From Burkholderiales bacterium (GTDB lineage: Bacteria; Pseudomonadota; Gammaproteobacteria; Burkholderiales; SG8-39), in contig JACZJT010000032.1 in assembly GCA_014860445.1 (NCBI GenBank), forward strand, positions 74,268 through 138,267: a stretch of DNA of 64,000 bases. Direction: 5' to 3'. Below, piece by piece: positions 20,789-30,300 of the stretch (position 1 is its first letter; every line of letters starts with the position of its first letter). The notes below the pieces were generated by a model. It saw only the letters and a program-made list of their open reading frames with translations. It had not been told where the DNA came from and ran no database searches. A program made the translations under genes and the position numbers.

Positions 20789-20929
20789 AGTACAGTCCGC
20801 GACCTTGGAATGGGTTGGGCCCCTCCACCCCACCCAGTACTCGCGCGGACTGTTTAAGGCTCCTGCCTCGCGATGCGCGCCATTACGGTCGCAGACCCGG
20901 TTTTCACTATGCGCAGGGTTGGCGCCGGC

Positions 20930-21415
20930 TCAATCGCGAAAATTCTGAAACTGCAGCGGGATTTCGGTGACGGATTTCTTCACCAGCTGGATCGCGGTCT
21001 GCAGGTCGTCCTTTTTCGCGCCGGACACGCGCACCGCCGTTCCCTGGATGCTCGCCTGCACCTTGAGCTTGTTGTCCTTGATCAGTTTGACGATTTTTTT
21101 TGCCTGCTCGGACTCGATGCCGTTCTTGACCTCGACCGTCTGCTTGATCTTGTCGCCGCTGACTTTTTCCGTGTCCTTCGGTTCGAGCGCGCGCACGTCG
21201 ACTCCGCGCTTGGCGCATTTCCCGGTGAAGACATCCATCAGTTGTTTGAGTTTGAAATCGTCGTCCGCGTAGACCGTCAGCGTGAATTCGGTCTGTTCTA
21301 TGCGCGCGTCCGAGCCCTTGAAGTCGAATCGGTTGGAGACTTCCTTGTTGCACTGGTCGATCGCGTTCCTGAGCTCGACTTTGTTGACTTCCGAAGTGAT
21401 GTCGAAGGAGGGCAT
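20930..21415 (-). CDS. yajQ: YajQ-family nucleotide / cyclic-di-GMP-binding protein (UPF0234)
   Basis: 161 aa. [10 protein letters not shown]...NRFDFKGS is the hallmark YajQ N-terminus. Confidence 0.93.
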   Translation of the reverse strand: MPSFDITSEVNKVELRNAIDQCNKEVSNRFDFKGSDARIEQTEFTLTVYADDDFKLKQLMDVFTGKCAKRGVDVRALEPKDTEKVSGDKIKQTVEVKNGIESEQAKKIVKLIKDNKLKVQASIQGTAVRVSGAKKDDLQTAIQLVKKSVTEIPLQFQNFRD

Positions 21416-21572
21416 GACGGGTCTCCCGGGTCGGGTAATGTCGATGGGTGTACTGCCATGATTATACTGTACCGTGTGTCTGACGCCGTGCCCGCAAGCC
21501 GTTACAATCGCCCGTCAGAGAAAATTTCCGCGGCCCGGAACCCGGCCGCACATCAGACCATGGAGAATGTGA

Positions 21573-22340
21573 ATGGCGCACTGGATACGTTTTGAACATG
21601 AGGGCCGGGCCGGTTTCGGCACCATCGAGAACGACAGCATCAAAGTGCATACTGGCGACATGTTCGGCGGCGCGCAGCCCACCGGTGCGGTCCTGTCCCT
21701 GGCCGCGGTGAAGGTGCTGACGCCGACACAACCGAGCAAGATGGTGGCCTTGTGGAACAATTTCCATGCGCTGGCTGCGAAACTGGGCAACCCGGAACCG
21801 CCGGAGCCGCTGTATTTCCTCAAAGGCAACAATTCCTTTCTTGCGCACGGCGAGCGCATACGCGTCCCGGCTTCCTATGCCGGCAAGGTCGTGTACGAGG
21901 GCGAACTGGGCGTGGTCATCGGGCGGCGCTGCAAGGCGGTGGCTGAGGCCGATGTCCCGGCCTGTATCTTCGGCTATACCTGCATCAACGATGTCACCGC
22001 TGCCGAGGTCCTGTACAAGGACGCGACGTTTGCCCAATGGTCGCGTGCCAAGAGCTACGATACCTTCGGCGTGTTCGGCCCGGTGATCGCGACCGGGCTC
22101 GATCCCTCTGGGCTGGTGATTAAAACCATACTCAACGATCAGGAGCGGCAGAACTACCCGGTGGCCGACATGATTTTCTCTCCGGCGAAGCTGGTCAGCC
22201 TGATCTCGCAGGACATGACGCTGGAACCCGGCGACGTGATCGCCTGCGGGACTTCGCTAGGGGTGGGTTCGATGAAACCGGGCAGCACGGTCAGCATCGT
22301 TATCGAAGGCATCGGCACGCTCAGCAACCGCTACGAGTAG
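21573..22340 (+). CDS. Fumarylacetoacetate hydrolase (FAH) family protein
   Basis: 255 aa. YEGELGVVIG and the C-terminal GDVIACGTSLGVG are typical of FAH-fold hydratases/isomerases. Confidence 0.9.
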   Translation: MAHWIRFEHEGRAGFGTIENDSIKVHTGDMFGGAQPTGAVLSLAAVKVLTPTQPSKMVALWNNFHALAAKLGNPEPPEPLYFLKGNNSFLAHGERIRVPASYAGKVVYEGELGVVIGRRCKAVAEADVPACIFGYTCINDVTAAEVLYKDATFAQWSRAKSYDTFGVFGPVIATGLDPSGLVIKTILNDQERQNYPVADMIFSPAKLVSLISQDMTLEPGDVIACGTSLGVGSMKPGSTVSIVIEGIGTLSNRYE

Positions 22341-22367
22341 GCGCTGCGCGCGCTCGTGCCAATGAAA

Positions 22368-22396
22368 AGGCCGTTTCGAAAATCCAGAAACGGCCT
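22368..22396. terminator. Hairpin between convergent FAH-family gene and argG
   Basis: aggccgtttc / gaaacggcct, a perfect 10-bp stem with a 9-nt loop and an A-run on the 5' side. Confidence 0.55.
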
Positions 22397-22445
22397 GATC
22401 CGCGCTTTGAGCCGCCCGGTCGCGCATGGCGATTGAGGCGAGCTT

Positions 22446-23735
22446 CTACTTCTTCTTGCGTTTGCCCAGATTTTTCGCCCCTTTTGGACCGCGGACTTTC
22501 GCCGCCGTTTGTGGATCGCGGACTTTCGCCGCAATGCGCATGCGCAGCGCATTCAGGCGGATGAAACCTTCCGCGTCCCTCTGGTCGAAGGCGCCGCGAT
22601 CTTCCTCGAAGGTGGCGATGGCGGTGTCGAACAGCGAGTCGGTCTTCGAGTCGCGGCCGGCGACGATGACGTTGCCCTTGTACAGCTTGACCCGCACCCA
22701 GCCGTTCACGTGCGCCTGCGAGGCGTCGATCATGGTCTGCAGCATGCGCCGTTCCGGGCTCCACCAGTAGCCGTTGTAGATCAGCGCGGCGTAGCGCGGC
22801 ATCAGCTCGTCCTTGAGGTGGGCGACCTCGCGGTCCAGGCACACCGACTCGATGGCGCGGTGCGCGCGCAGCATGATCGTGCCGCCGGGGGTTTCGTAAC
22901 AGCCGCGCGACTTCATGCCGACGTAGCGGTTTTCCACCAGGTCCAGGCGGCCGATGCCGTGTTTGCCGCCGAGCTTGTTGAGGGTCTCGAGAACGGTCGC
23001 CGGCGACAGTTTCTTGCCGTTGACGGCGACGATGTCGCCCTGCTTGTATTCCAGCTCGACATACTCGGCGCGGTCCGGTGCCTCCTCGGGTGACACGGTC
23101 CAGCGCCACATGTCCTTCTCCGGCTCCTTGGCGGGGTTCTCCAGAACGCGACCTTCGTAGGAAATGTGCAGCAGGTTCGCGTCCATGCTGTAGGGCGAGC
23201 CGCCTTTTTTCTTGCCTTCCACCGGGATGCCGTTCTTTTCCGCATATTTGAGCAGCTTCTCGCGCGATCCGAGGTCCCACTCGCGCCACGGCGCGATTAC
23301 GCGGATGTCCGGTTCGAGGGCGTAGTAGCCGAGTTCGAAGCGCACCTGGTCGTTGCCTTTCCCGGTTGCACCGTGGGAGACCGCATCCGCGCCGGTGATG
23401 CGCGCAATCTCGATCTGGCGCTTGGCGATGAGCGGACGCGCGATCGAGGTGCCCAGCAGGTATTCGCCCTCGTAGATTGCGTTGGCGCGGAACATTGGAA
23501 AGACGAAGTCGCGCACGAATTCCTCGCGCAGGTCGTCGACAAAAATCTTCTTCACGCCGAACTGCTTTGCTTTCTTGCGTGCCGGCTCGAGCTCTTCGCC
23601 CTGTCCGATGTCCGCGGTGAAGGTGATCACTTCGCAGCGATACTGGTCCTGCAGCCATTTCAGGATGACCGAGGTATCCAGGCCGCCCGAATAGGCGAGC
23701 ACGACTTTTTTCACTCCGCTTTTCTTGTTTGCCAT
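22446..23735 (-). CDS. argG: Argininosuccinate synthase with an extra Lys-rich C-terminal tail
   Basis: ATG at 23735 ([22 protein letters not shown]...); the track start at 23747 is TTG. The canonical ArgG core ends near ...RLNALRMRI and is followed by [28 protein letters not shown]. Confidence 0.96.
   Translation of the reverse strand: MANKKSGVKKVVLAYSGGLDTSVILKWLQDQYRCEVITFTADIGQGEELEPARKKAKQFGVKKIFVDDLREEFVRDFVFPMFRANAIYEGEYLLGTSIARPLIAKRQIEIARITGADAVSHGATGKGNDQVRFELGYYALEPDIRVIAPWREWDLGSREKLLKYAEKNGIPVEGKKKGGSPYSMDANLLHISYEGRVLENPAKEPEKDMWRWTVSPEEAPDRAEYVELEYKQGDIVAVNGKKLSPATVLETLNKLGGKHGIGRLDLVENRYVGMKSRGCYETPGGTIMLRAHRAIESVCLDREVAHLKDELMPRYAALIYNGYWWSPERRMLQTMIDASQAHVNGWVRVKLYKGNVIVAGRDSKTDSLFDTAIATFEEDRGAFDQRDAEGFIRLNALRMRIAAKVRDPQTAAKVRGPKGAKNLGKRKKK
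22490..22532 (-). repeat. In-frame 27-nt tandem duplication inside the argG 3' end
   Basis: cgcggactttcgccgc occurs at 22490-22505 and 22517-22532 (period 27 nt). It encodes AAKVRDPQT / AAKVRGPKG. Confidence 0.7.
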
Positions 23736-23799
23736 TTCGTTTCTCAAAAAATAAGGAATTCGGATTTCGGGGTCCGGGCCCCGCGGCGCGCCCTGCCGA

Positions 23800-24717
23800 T
23801 CAAGCGACTTTCCCCAGAAGCAGGAACTCCATCAGCGCTTTTTGCGTGTGCAGCCGGTTTTCGGCTTCGTCCCAGACCACGCTCTGCGGTCCGTCTATCA
23901 CTTCGGCGGACACTTCCTCGCCGCGGTGCGCGGGCAGGCAGTGCATGAACAATGCTTCGGGTCCCGCGAGCTTCATCATGTCGGCGTCGACCTGCCAGTC
24001 GCTGAAGTCGCGCTTGCGCTCGGCGTCCTCCTCCTCGAAGCCCATGCTGGTCCAGACGTCCGTCGTCACCAGGTCGGCGCCGCGCACTGCCTCCATCGGG
24101 TCCGCGAAATGCTCGAAATGCTTTGCGCCGTACTTGCCTGCGCGCTCGGCCTCGACCTCATAGCCGGGCGGTGTGGAAACGTGCAGATTGAAGTCGAAAA
24201 TGGCTGCCGCTTTCATCCAGCTGTTGCAGACGTTGTTGGAGTCGCCTATCCATGCCACTGTTTTTCCGCTGATCGGGCCGCGATGTTCGGTGTAGGTGAA
24301 TATGTCGCCCATGACCTGGCAGGGATGGTATTCGTTGGTCAGCCCGTTGATCACCGGCACGCGCGAGACGGCGGCGAAGCGCTCGAGGATTTCCTGCTCG
24401 AACGTGCGGATCATGACGATGTCGACCATGCGCGACACGACCTGGGCCATGTCCTCGACCGGCTCCCCGCGTCCGAGCTGGGTATCGCGCGTGCTCAAAA
24501 AGATGGCTGCGCCGCCCATCTGATGCATGCCGGCTTCGAAAGACAGGCGCGTGCGCGTGGACTGCTTCTCGAAAATCATCGCCAGCGTGCGGTCGGCCAG
24601 TGGATGGTAGGGCTTGTACTGCTTGAACTGGGCCTTGATCCAGCGCGTGCGTTCGAGCAGATACTCGTACTCGGCGCGTGAAAATTCGCTGAACTGCAGA
24701 TAGTGCCGCGGCTTCAT
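23800..24717 (-). CDS. argF: Ornithine carbamoyltransferase
   Basis: 305 aa. STRTR, HPCQ and HCLPA motifs. Confidence 0.96.
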   Translation of the reverse strand: MKPRHYLQFSEFSRAEYEYLLERTRWIKAQFKQYKPYHPLADRTLAMIFEKQSTRTRLSFEAGMHQMGGAAIFLSTRDTQLGRGEPVEDMAQVVSRMVDIVMIRTFEQEILERFAAVSRVPVINGLTNEYHPCQVMGDIFTYTEHRGPISGKTVAWIGDSNNVCNSWMKAAAIFDFNLHVSTPPGYEVEAERAGKYGAKHFEHFADPMEAVRGADLVTTDVWTSMGFEEEDAERKRDFSDWQVDADMMKLAGPEALFMHCLPAHRGEEVSAEVIDGPQSVVWDEAENRLHTQKALMEFLLLGKVA

Positions 24718-24732
24718 GACTGGTCGCCGGCC

Positions 24733-25920
24733 TCAGTTCGCCTGAACGGACTGGCCGAGAAAATCCAGAATCAGGGGGGAAAGGCGTTCCACCAGCTGTT
24801 GCGCCTCGTCCCGGCTGATATTGAGGGGCGGCAGCAGCCGCACGACGTTGTCCGCGGTGACGTTGATGAGCAGTCCCGCATCCAGTCCGCGCTGTGTCAG
24901 TTCGCCGCAGGGGCGGTCGAGTTCGATGCCGATCATCAATCCCATGCCGCGGATTGCAACCAGGCCCTTGGCGCCGCCAAGCGCCGCGGAAAAGCCTGCG
25001 CGAATGAATTCGCCCATCTCGAATGCGTTCGCCAGCAGGTTTTCCTGCTCGATGGTTTCGAGGGTGGTGAGCGCCGCTGCACAGGCGAGGGGATTGCCTC
25101 CGAACGTCGAGCCGTGGTTGCCGGGCTTGAATATCTCGGACGCAGCCCCCTTGGCCAGGCAGGCGCCGATGGGTACCCCGCCGGCCAGCCCCTTGGCGAG
25201 CGTGACCACGTCCGGCTGGAATCCGGCGTGCTGATACAAGAACCATTTTCCGGTGCGGCCCAGGCCGCACTGAATCTCGTCGAGCATGAGCAGCCACTTG
25301 TACTGATCGCACAATTCGCGCAGACCCCGCAGGTACTCCAGGTGCGCGACGTTGATCCCGCCTTCACCCTGTATCGGCTCGACCAGTACCGCGACCACGT
25401 TGCGGTTGTGCTGCGCGACCTGCCGCACCGCCTCCAGATCGTCGTAGGGCACGCGCACGAAACCGGACACCAGCGGCTCGAACCCGGCATGCACTTTACG
25501 GCTGCCGGTGGCCGACAGCGTGGCGAGCGTGCGGCCGTGAAATGCTTTCTCCATCACGACGATCGCGGGATTCTCTATGTTCCTGCTTTTTCCGTACAGT
25601 CGCGCAATCTTGATCGCGGCCTCGTTCGCCTCGCAGCCGGAATTGCAGAAAAAAACCTTGTCCATGCCGCTGATTTCGGCAAGCTTCGTGGCAAGATTTT
25701 CCTGCTCGGTGATCTGATAGATATTGGAGGTGTGTATCAACCGGCCCGCCTGCGCGGCGAGCGTCGCCACCAGCTTCGGATGGGCATGACCGAGCGTATT
25801 CACGGCGATGCCGCCGAGGGCATCCAGGTAGCGCTTGCCCTGTGCATCCCACAGCCAGACACCCTGTCCGTGGGTAAACGCCACAGGCAACCGCGAATAC
25901 GTGTTCATTACATGAGACAT
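24733..25920 (-). CDS. argD: Acetylornithine (succinylornithine-type) aminotransferase
   Basis: Internal ATG (MSHVMNTYSRLPV...) of track ORF 24733..25947. Class III aminotransferase; the catalytic Lys lies in the DVVTLAKGLAGG segment. Confidence 0.93.
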   Translation of the reverse strand: MSHVMNTYSRLPVAFTHGQGVWLWDAQGKRYLDALGGIAVNTLGHAHPKLVATLAAQAGRLIHTSNIYQITEQENLATKLAEISGMDKVFFCNSGCEANEAAIKIARLYGKSRNIENPAIVVMEKAFHGRTLATLSATGSRKVHAGFEPLVSGFVRVPYDDLEAVRQVAQHNRNVVAVLVEPIQGEGGINVAHLEYLRGLRELCDQYKWLLMLDEIQCGLGRTGKWFLYQHAGFQPDVVTLAKGLAGGVPIGACLAKGAASEIFKPGNHGSTFGGNPLACAAALTTLETIEQENLLANAFEMGEFIRAGFSAALGGAKGLVAIRGMGLMIGIELDRPCGELTQRGLDAGLLINVTADNVVRLLPPLNISRDEAQQLVERLSPLILDFLGQSVQAN

Positions 25921-25929
25921 CTGCTTGCC

Positions 25930-25971
25930 CCAGAAGATAAAACGCACACGGCGGCATTTGCCGCCGTGTGC
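25930..25971 (-). terminator. Strong hairpin plus U-tract 23 nt upstream of the argD start (terminator of the upstream small gene and/or arg-operon attenuator)
   Basis: Perfect 13-nt arms gcacacggcggca / tgccgccgtgtgc (25944-25956 / 25959-25971). The minus strand then reads GTTTTATCTTCT. Confidence 0.6.
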
Positions 25972-26144
25972 CCGACATTCATGCGCATTATGTTAGCACA
26001 CTGCCACTGTCATAGACAGACTGCAGGCGCCGCGAAACGGTCCGGCGGGTTCGGCGTTTGCGCGCCGAATTTGCCTCAGAAGAAGTGTCGATTCGACTCG
26101 GTGCGGAGACGCAGGACGGAAACGCTATGTTTTGACCGCAGTTT

Positions 26145-26342
26145 TCAGCCGGCCGCGGCAAACTCCGCGTTCTTGCGCGGCTTGCGTACGGTGCACTCCA
26201 AAATACTGCAATGCTGATACATCTGACGCAGCTTGCGTTCGGCGTCGGCCTCGTCTTTGCCATGTATCAACAGATTATCCACAATTAATCCACTGCGCGT
26301 ACGTATACGGAAGCCATATTTTGTAATAATCGCTTGTGTCAT
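26145..26342 (-). CDS. Hypothetical small protein (65 aa)
   Basis: ATG at 26342 preceded by GGAGGA-tttt. The track ORF extends to a GTG at 26435 through AT-rich, non-coding-looking sequence. MTQAIITKYGFRIRTRSGLIVDNLLIHGKDEADAERKLRQMYQHCSILECTV... No family recognised. Confidence 0.55.
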   Translation of the reverse strand: MTQAIITKYGFRIRTRSGLIVDNLLIHGKDEADAERKLRQMYQHCSILECTVRKPRKNAEFAAAG

Positions 26343-26509
26343 AAAATCCTCCCCATTCAAGCGCTTATACTGTAAATAGCATACGCTCTCGACGAGATCA
26401 ACGCAAATTTCTGTTCCGGCGGTAATTTTGCTCACACGGACCCGACTATCCCCGTTAGGTAGATAAATAGCGGGTCGGCCCGGTTCGGAACCGGGGAGAG
26501 AAGACGGCG

Positions 26510-26548
26510 CTCAGAAAGCAAAACGGCCGGCATGGTGCCGGCCGTTTT
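26510..26548 (-). terminator. rpsT rho-independent terminator
   Basis: Perfect 13-bp arms aaaacggccggca / tgccggccgtttt, then a U-rich run (minus strand TTTTGCTTTCT). Lies 24 nt after the rpsT stop. Confidence 0.7.
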
Positions 26549-26571
26549 ACCTCAGCAGATCGTTCGCTGAT

Positions 26572-26853
26572 TTAAGGGGTCGCCTTGACTGCGGACATCG
26601 CCTTGATTGCGGCCGACAGTCGGCTCTTGTGGCGCGAGGCCTTGTTCTTGTGGATGATTTTCTTGTCCGCGATACGATCGACGATGCTGGCAGAGCGGCT
26701 CAGCGCCTGTTTCGCGACTTCTTTGTCGCCGCCCGAAATCGCCTTGTTCACTTCCTTGAGCGCGGAGCGCAGGGTCGAGCGCAACGCAGAATTGTGGCGC
26801 CGCTGTTTATCGGCTTGGCGCGAACGCTTGCGCGCGGAATCGGTATTGGCCAT
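26572..26853 (-). CDS. rpsT: 30S ribosomal protein S20
   Basis: 93 aa. [21 protein letters not shown]... is typical of S20. Confidence 0.96.
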   Translation of the reverse strand: MANTDSARKRSRQADKQRRHNSALRSTLRSALKEVNKAISGGDKEVAKQALSRSASIVDRIADKKIIHKNKASRHKSRLSAAIKAMSAVKATP

Positions 26854-26950
26854 ATGTGTAACCCGGAGTATGAGGCACGAAAGGGCGCAATGATACTGAC
26901 TTAGTCCCTGTTAGGCAAGCGCATTTTAGTTCAGGCACAAGGCGCTTCCG

Positions 26951-26971
26951 GCATTAATCTCCGCTGAAACC
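26951..26971 (+). repeat. Direct repeat copy 1 in the rpsT/murJ divergent region
   Basis: gcattaatctccgctgaaacc. 18 of 21 positions are identical to copy 2, 63 nt downstream. Confidence 0.6.
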
Positions 26972-27013
26972 TCCATTAAAACTTCGTTTTGGTTCCGGCA
27001 TAACGTGCTTTGC

Positions 27014-27034
27014 GCATTAGCCTCCACTGAAACC
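27014..27034 (+). repeat. Direct repeat copy 2, immediately upstream of a TATAAT box
   Basis: gcattagcctccactgaaacc, followed by gcgttttcgTATAATcgggtcATG, where the ATG is the murJ start. Confidence 0.6.
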
Positions 27035-27055
27035 GCGTTTTCGTATAATCGGGTC

Positions 27056-28594
27056 ATGAACTTATTGCGCGCGCTTGCCACGGTGAGCAGCATGACGCTG
27101 GTTTCCCGCATTCTCGGCTTCGTGCGCGATGCGGTGATCGCGCGCCTGTTCGGCGCGGGTCTGGCTACCGACGCGTTTTTCGTCGCCTTTCGCATTCCCA
27201 ACCTGTTGCGGCGCCTGTTTGCAGAGGGCGCGTTTTCCCAGGCGTTTGTGCCGGTTCTGGCGGAGTACCGGACGCGCAATGGCGAGAGCGAAACTAGGCT
27301 GCTGGTCGCGCGCGTCGCGACGGCGCTCTCGCTCGCCGTACTGGCGGTCAGCGTTCTCGGCATACTCGCAGCGCCGTGGATCATCTATGTCAGCGCTCCC
27401 GGGTTCTCCGCCACCCCGGAGAAATTCGCGCTCACCGTGGCGATGCTGCGCATCACCTTTCCCTATCTGCTGTTCATTTCCCTGGTTTCGCTTGCCGGCG
27501 GCATTCTCAATACCTGGAGCCGATTCGCGGTGCCGGCGTTCACGCCGACCCTGCTCAACCTCAGTTTCATATTTTTCGCGCTGGTGCTCGCGCCTTATTT
27601 TCATCCTCCGGTTCTCGTTTTGGCATGGGCGGTGCTCGCGGGCGGTGCGCTGCAGCTGGCGCTGCAGCTGCCTTATCTCGCCAGGATCGGCATGCTGCCG
27701 CGCCTGCGCGCGGACTTCTGGGATCCGGGGGTCAAGCGCATACTCCGGCTAATGGGGCCGGCGGTGTTCGGCGTTTCCATCGCCCAGCTGTCGCTGCTGA
27801 TCAACACCATTTTCGCTTCCTTCCTCGCCAACGGCAGCGTGTCCTGGTTGTACTACGCCGACCGTCTGATGGAATTCCCCACCGGGATGCTGGGCGTGGC
27901 GCTGGGGACCATCCTGCTGCCCAGCTTGTCGAAATATTATTCCAGCGACGCCACCGAGCAGTACAGCCGCCTGCTCGACTGGGGCCTGCGTCTGACCTTG
28001 ATGCTGGCCCTGCCGGCTGCGGTGGCGCTGGCGCTGCTCGCCGTGCCGCTGATCAGCACACTGTTTCATTACGGCCATTTCAGCGTCGAGGATGTGATGA
28101 TGACGCGCCGCGCACTGGTCGCCTACAGCATCGGCCTGGTCGGTTTGATTCTGGTGAAGGTGCTGGCGCCGGGTTTCTATGCGCGCCAGAATATCCGCAC
28201 GCCCGTGAAAATCGCCGTCATCACGCTGGTCCTGACGCAGCTGATGAACCTCGCCTTGATCGGTCCGCTCAAGCATGCCGGCCTCGCGCTGGCGATCGGG
28301 CTGGGCGCCTGTCTCAACGCCGGCCTGCTGTACTACAAGCTGCGCACGCATCGCATTTACCAGCCGCAGCCGGAGTGGGGGCGGTTCGCGATCAAGCTGG
28401 CCCTGGCGCTGCTCGTGATGGCTGCGGCGCTTTGGGGGGCGATGGGCAGCGAGACCTGGTGGTTGATCGCGGCATGGCAGCAGCGCATGGCGGGCCTGCT
28501 GGGCTTGGTTTGCCTGGGTGCCACGGTTTACTTCGCGACACTGTGGATGCTCGGTTTTCGCATCGGGGATTTCGCGCGGCGGTCCGCCGAATAA
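27056..28594 (+). CDS. murJ: Lipid II flippase MurJ (MviN)
   Basis: Internal ATG ([25 protein letters not shown]...) of track ORF 27005..28594, 512 aa. Polytopic MOP-family protein. Confidence 0.95.
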   Translation: MNLLRALATVSSMTLVSRILGFVRDAVIARLFGAGLATDAFFVAFRIPNLLRRLFAEGAFSQAFVPVLAEYRTRNGESETRLLVARVATALSLAVLAVSVLGILAAPWIIYVSAPGFSATPEKFALTVAMLRITFPYLLFISLVSLAGGILNTWSRFAVPAFTPTLLNLSFIFFALVLAPYFHPPVLVLAWAVLAGGALQLALQLPYLARIGMLPRLRADFWDPGVKRILRLMGPAVFGVSIAQLSLLINTIFASFLANGSVSWLYYADRLMEFPTGMLGVALGTILLPSLSKYYSSDATEQYSRLLDWGLRLTLMLALPAAVALALLAVPLISTLFHYGHFSVEDVMMTRRALVAYSIGLVGLILVKVLAPGFYARQNIRTPVKIAVITLVLTQLMNLALIGPLKHAGLALAIGLGACLNAGLLYYKLRTHRIYQPQPEWGRFAIKLALALLVMAAALWGAMGSETWWLIAAWQQRMAGLLGLVCLGATVYFATLWMLGFRIGDFARRSAE

Positions 28595-28608
28595 ACCGAT
28601 TTTTGCAC

Positions 28609-29448
28609 ATGGAAGCGCAAACCCGACTGGAAAAATTCTCCGAGTTGCTGTGCCGGGAAGATTTCGGCCTCGCCGAAGCCTGCCTGCTGATCGCGCAGGA
28701 CGCCTATCCGGACCTGGACGTTGCGCATTACCTCGCACGCATTGACGCGCTGGCCGCAACGGTGAAGCGGCGCGTGGCCGGCGACGCGTTCGCGAAGCAA
28801 AAGGTGGTCGCGCTGAACCGGCACCTTTTCGACGAGCTGGGATTCCGCGGCGACGTGCGCGATTATTACGATCCGCGCAACAGCTATCTCAACGAGGTGC
28901 TGGAGCGGCGCACCGGGATCCCGATCACGCTTTCGATTCTTTATATGGAGGTCGGACGGCGCCTGGGGCTGCGCTTCCAGGGTGTGTCCTTTCCCGGGCA
29001 CTTTCTGGTCAAGCTGCCGGTGAGCGGAGGACACCTGGTGCTGGATCCTTTCTGCGGCGGCGAGGCGCAATCGGAATCCGAACTGCGCGCACGACTGGCG
29101 CGGGTAGTGCCCGAGCACAACGCCAACAAGCTGCCGCTGTCTCAATTTCTGCATGCGGCGACGCCGCGGCAGATTGTGGCGCGCGTGCTGCGCAATCTCA
29201 AAGGCATTTACCTGCAGTCGGAGGAGGCGCAGAATATGCTGAAGGTGACGCAGCGCATGGTCATGGTGGCGCCGCATGCGGCCGAGGAAGTGCGGGACCG
29301 TGGGCTCGCCTATTCCAAGCTTGATTGTTTTCGCGCCGCGCTTGCCGACTTGCAGGATTATCTGAAGCGGCGCCCGGATGCGCCGGACGCCGGCGAAATA
29401 CGCGACAAGGTTGCCGAGCTGCGGCTGGCCTGCGCGCGGCTGAACTAA
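28609..29448 (+). CDS. SirB1/YchA-like protein (transglutaminase-like N-domain plus TPR-like C-domain)
   Basis: ATG at 28609 (MEAQTRLEKF...) in frame with the tail of track ORF 27376..29448, 279 aa. ...GIPITLSILYMEVGRRLGL...FPGHFLV... matches the SirB1 family. Confidence 0.8.
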   Translation: MEAQTRLEKFSELLCREDFGLAEACLLIAQDAYPDLDVAHYLARIDALAATVKRRVAGDAFAKQKVVALNRHLFDELGFRGDVRDYYDPRNSYLNEVLERRTGIPITLSILYMEVGRRLGLRFQGVSFPGHFLVKLPVSGGHLVLDPFCGGEAQSESELRARLARVVPEHNANKLPLSQFLHAATPRQIVARVLRNLKGIYLQSEEAQNMLKVTQRMVMVAPHAAEEVRDRGLAYSKLDCFRAALADLQDYLKRRPDAPDAGEIRDKVAELRLACARLN

Positions 29449-29550
29449 TGCGCAGGACGCGAATCCAAGCAGCGCAGAGAACAATATCGGGTGCTTGTGC
29501 GCGATGCCGGCGGGCGTGCATGGTTTTCTTTCGATTGCAGGAGGTGGCAT

Positions 29551-30177
29551 ATGAAACTTGAAAGTTCGAGCTTCGGCGACAATCAGCGCATTCCCGGCGC
29601 CTATGCGTTTGCCGTGCCGCATGCGGGCGATCACGTCGCGCTTTCGTCCAACCACAACCCGCAGCTGAGTTGGAGCGACGCGCCGGCCGGCACGCAGTCC
29701 TTCGTGCTGATCTGCCATGACCGCGACGTGCCGAGCAAGGGCGATGATGTGAACAAGGAGGGACGCAGCGTACCGGCGAGTTTGCCGCGCGTGGATTTTT
29801 ATCACTGGGTACTGGTCGATCTCCCGGCGAGCGTGAACGCAATTGCGGAGGCGGAATTTTCAGACGGCATCAGCGCACGCGGCAAGGCGGGGCCGGAGGC
29901 GAAGCACGGGGCGCGCCAGGGGCTGAACGACTACACCGCATGGTTTGCGGGCGACAAGGACATGGACGGCAAGTACTTCGGCTACGACGGACCCTGCCCG
30001 CCGTGGAATGATGAGATCATGCATCACTATGTGTTCACCCTGTATGCGCTCGACTGCGCGCGCTGCGAGGTGAGCGGCGCGTTTAAGGGGCCCGATGTAC
30101 TGAAGGCGATCGAAGGCCATATGCTGGCCAAGGCCAGTCTCACCGGCAGCTATACGCTCAATCCCAAGCTGGGCTGA
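29551..30177 (+). CDS. YbhB/YbcL-family (PEBP / Raf-kinase-inhibitor-like) protein
   Basis: ATG at 29551 after AGGAGG, 208 aa. DRDVP...HW...GY.GPCPP motif pattern of bacterial PEBPs. Confidence 0.88.
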   Translation: MKLESSSFGDNQRIPGAYAFAVPHAGDHVALSSNHNPQLSWSDAPAGTQSFVLICHDRDVPSKGDDVNKEGRSVPASLPRVDFYHWVLVDLPASVNAIAEAEFSDGISARGKAGPEAKHGARQGLNDYTAWFAGDKDMDGKYFGYDGPCPPWNDEIMHHYVFTLYALDCARCEVSGAFKGPDVLKAIEGHMLAKASLTGSYTLNPKLG

Positions 30178-30213
30178 GAACAACCCGCATAGGCTCAGGA
30201 CTGGCGAATCAAG

Positions 30214-30245
30214 CGGGGGCGGGCAACACAGCCCCCGTATTTTTT
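30214..30245 (+). terminator. Rho-independent terminator after the PEBP-like gene
   Basis: cgggggc-(10 nt loop)-gcccccg followed by taTTTTTT. Confidence 0.7.
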
Positions 30246-30300
30246 GACCGCCGCCCGCCCTCAACGCGATAAAACAGATTCCAAAACAATTAGGCACAGG

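Noticed and set aside
20792-20853. 10-bp perfect inverted repeat (acagtccgcg / cgcggactgt) enclosing a 42-nt G-run/C-run loop just after the amidotransferase gene; possible REP-like element or structured RNA
   Set aside because: There is a single copy in the window, no T-tract, and it sits between convergent genes. The most economical reading is a transcript-end stem-loop. It is not distinctive enough to call an element without genome-wide copy counts.
25981-25996. dif-like sequence atgcgcattatgttag (resembles GTGCGCAT...TTATGTTAAAT of XerCD dif)
   Set aside because: The two arm-like pieces are directly abutted. The roughly 9 nt of the XerC-arm end and the 6-bp central region are missing, so it cannot be a functional 28-bp dif site. 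It is probably a chance match within the argD upstream region.
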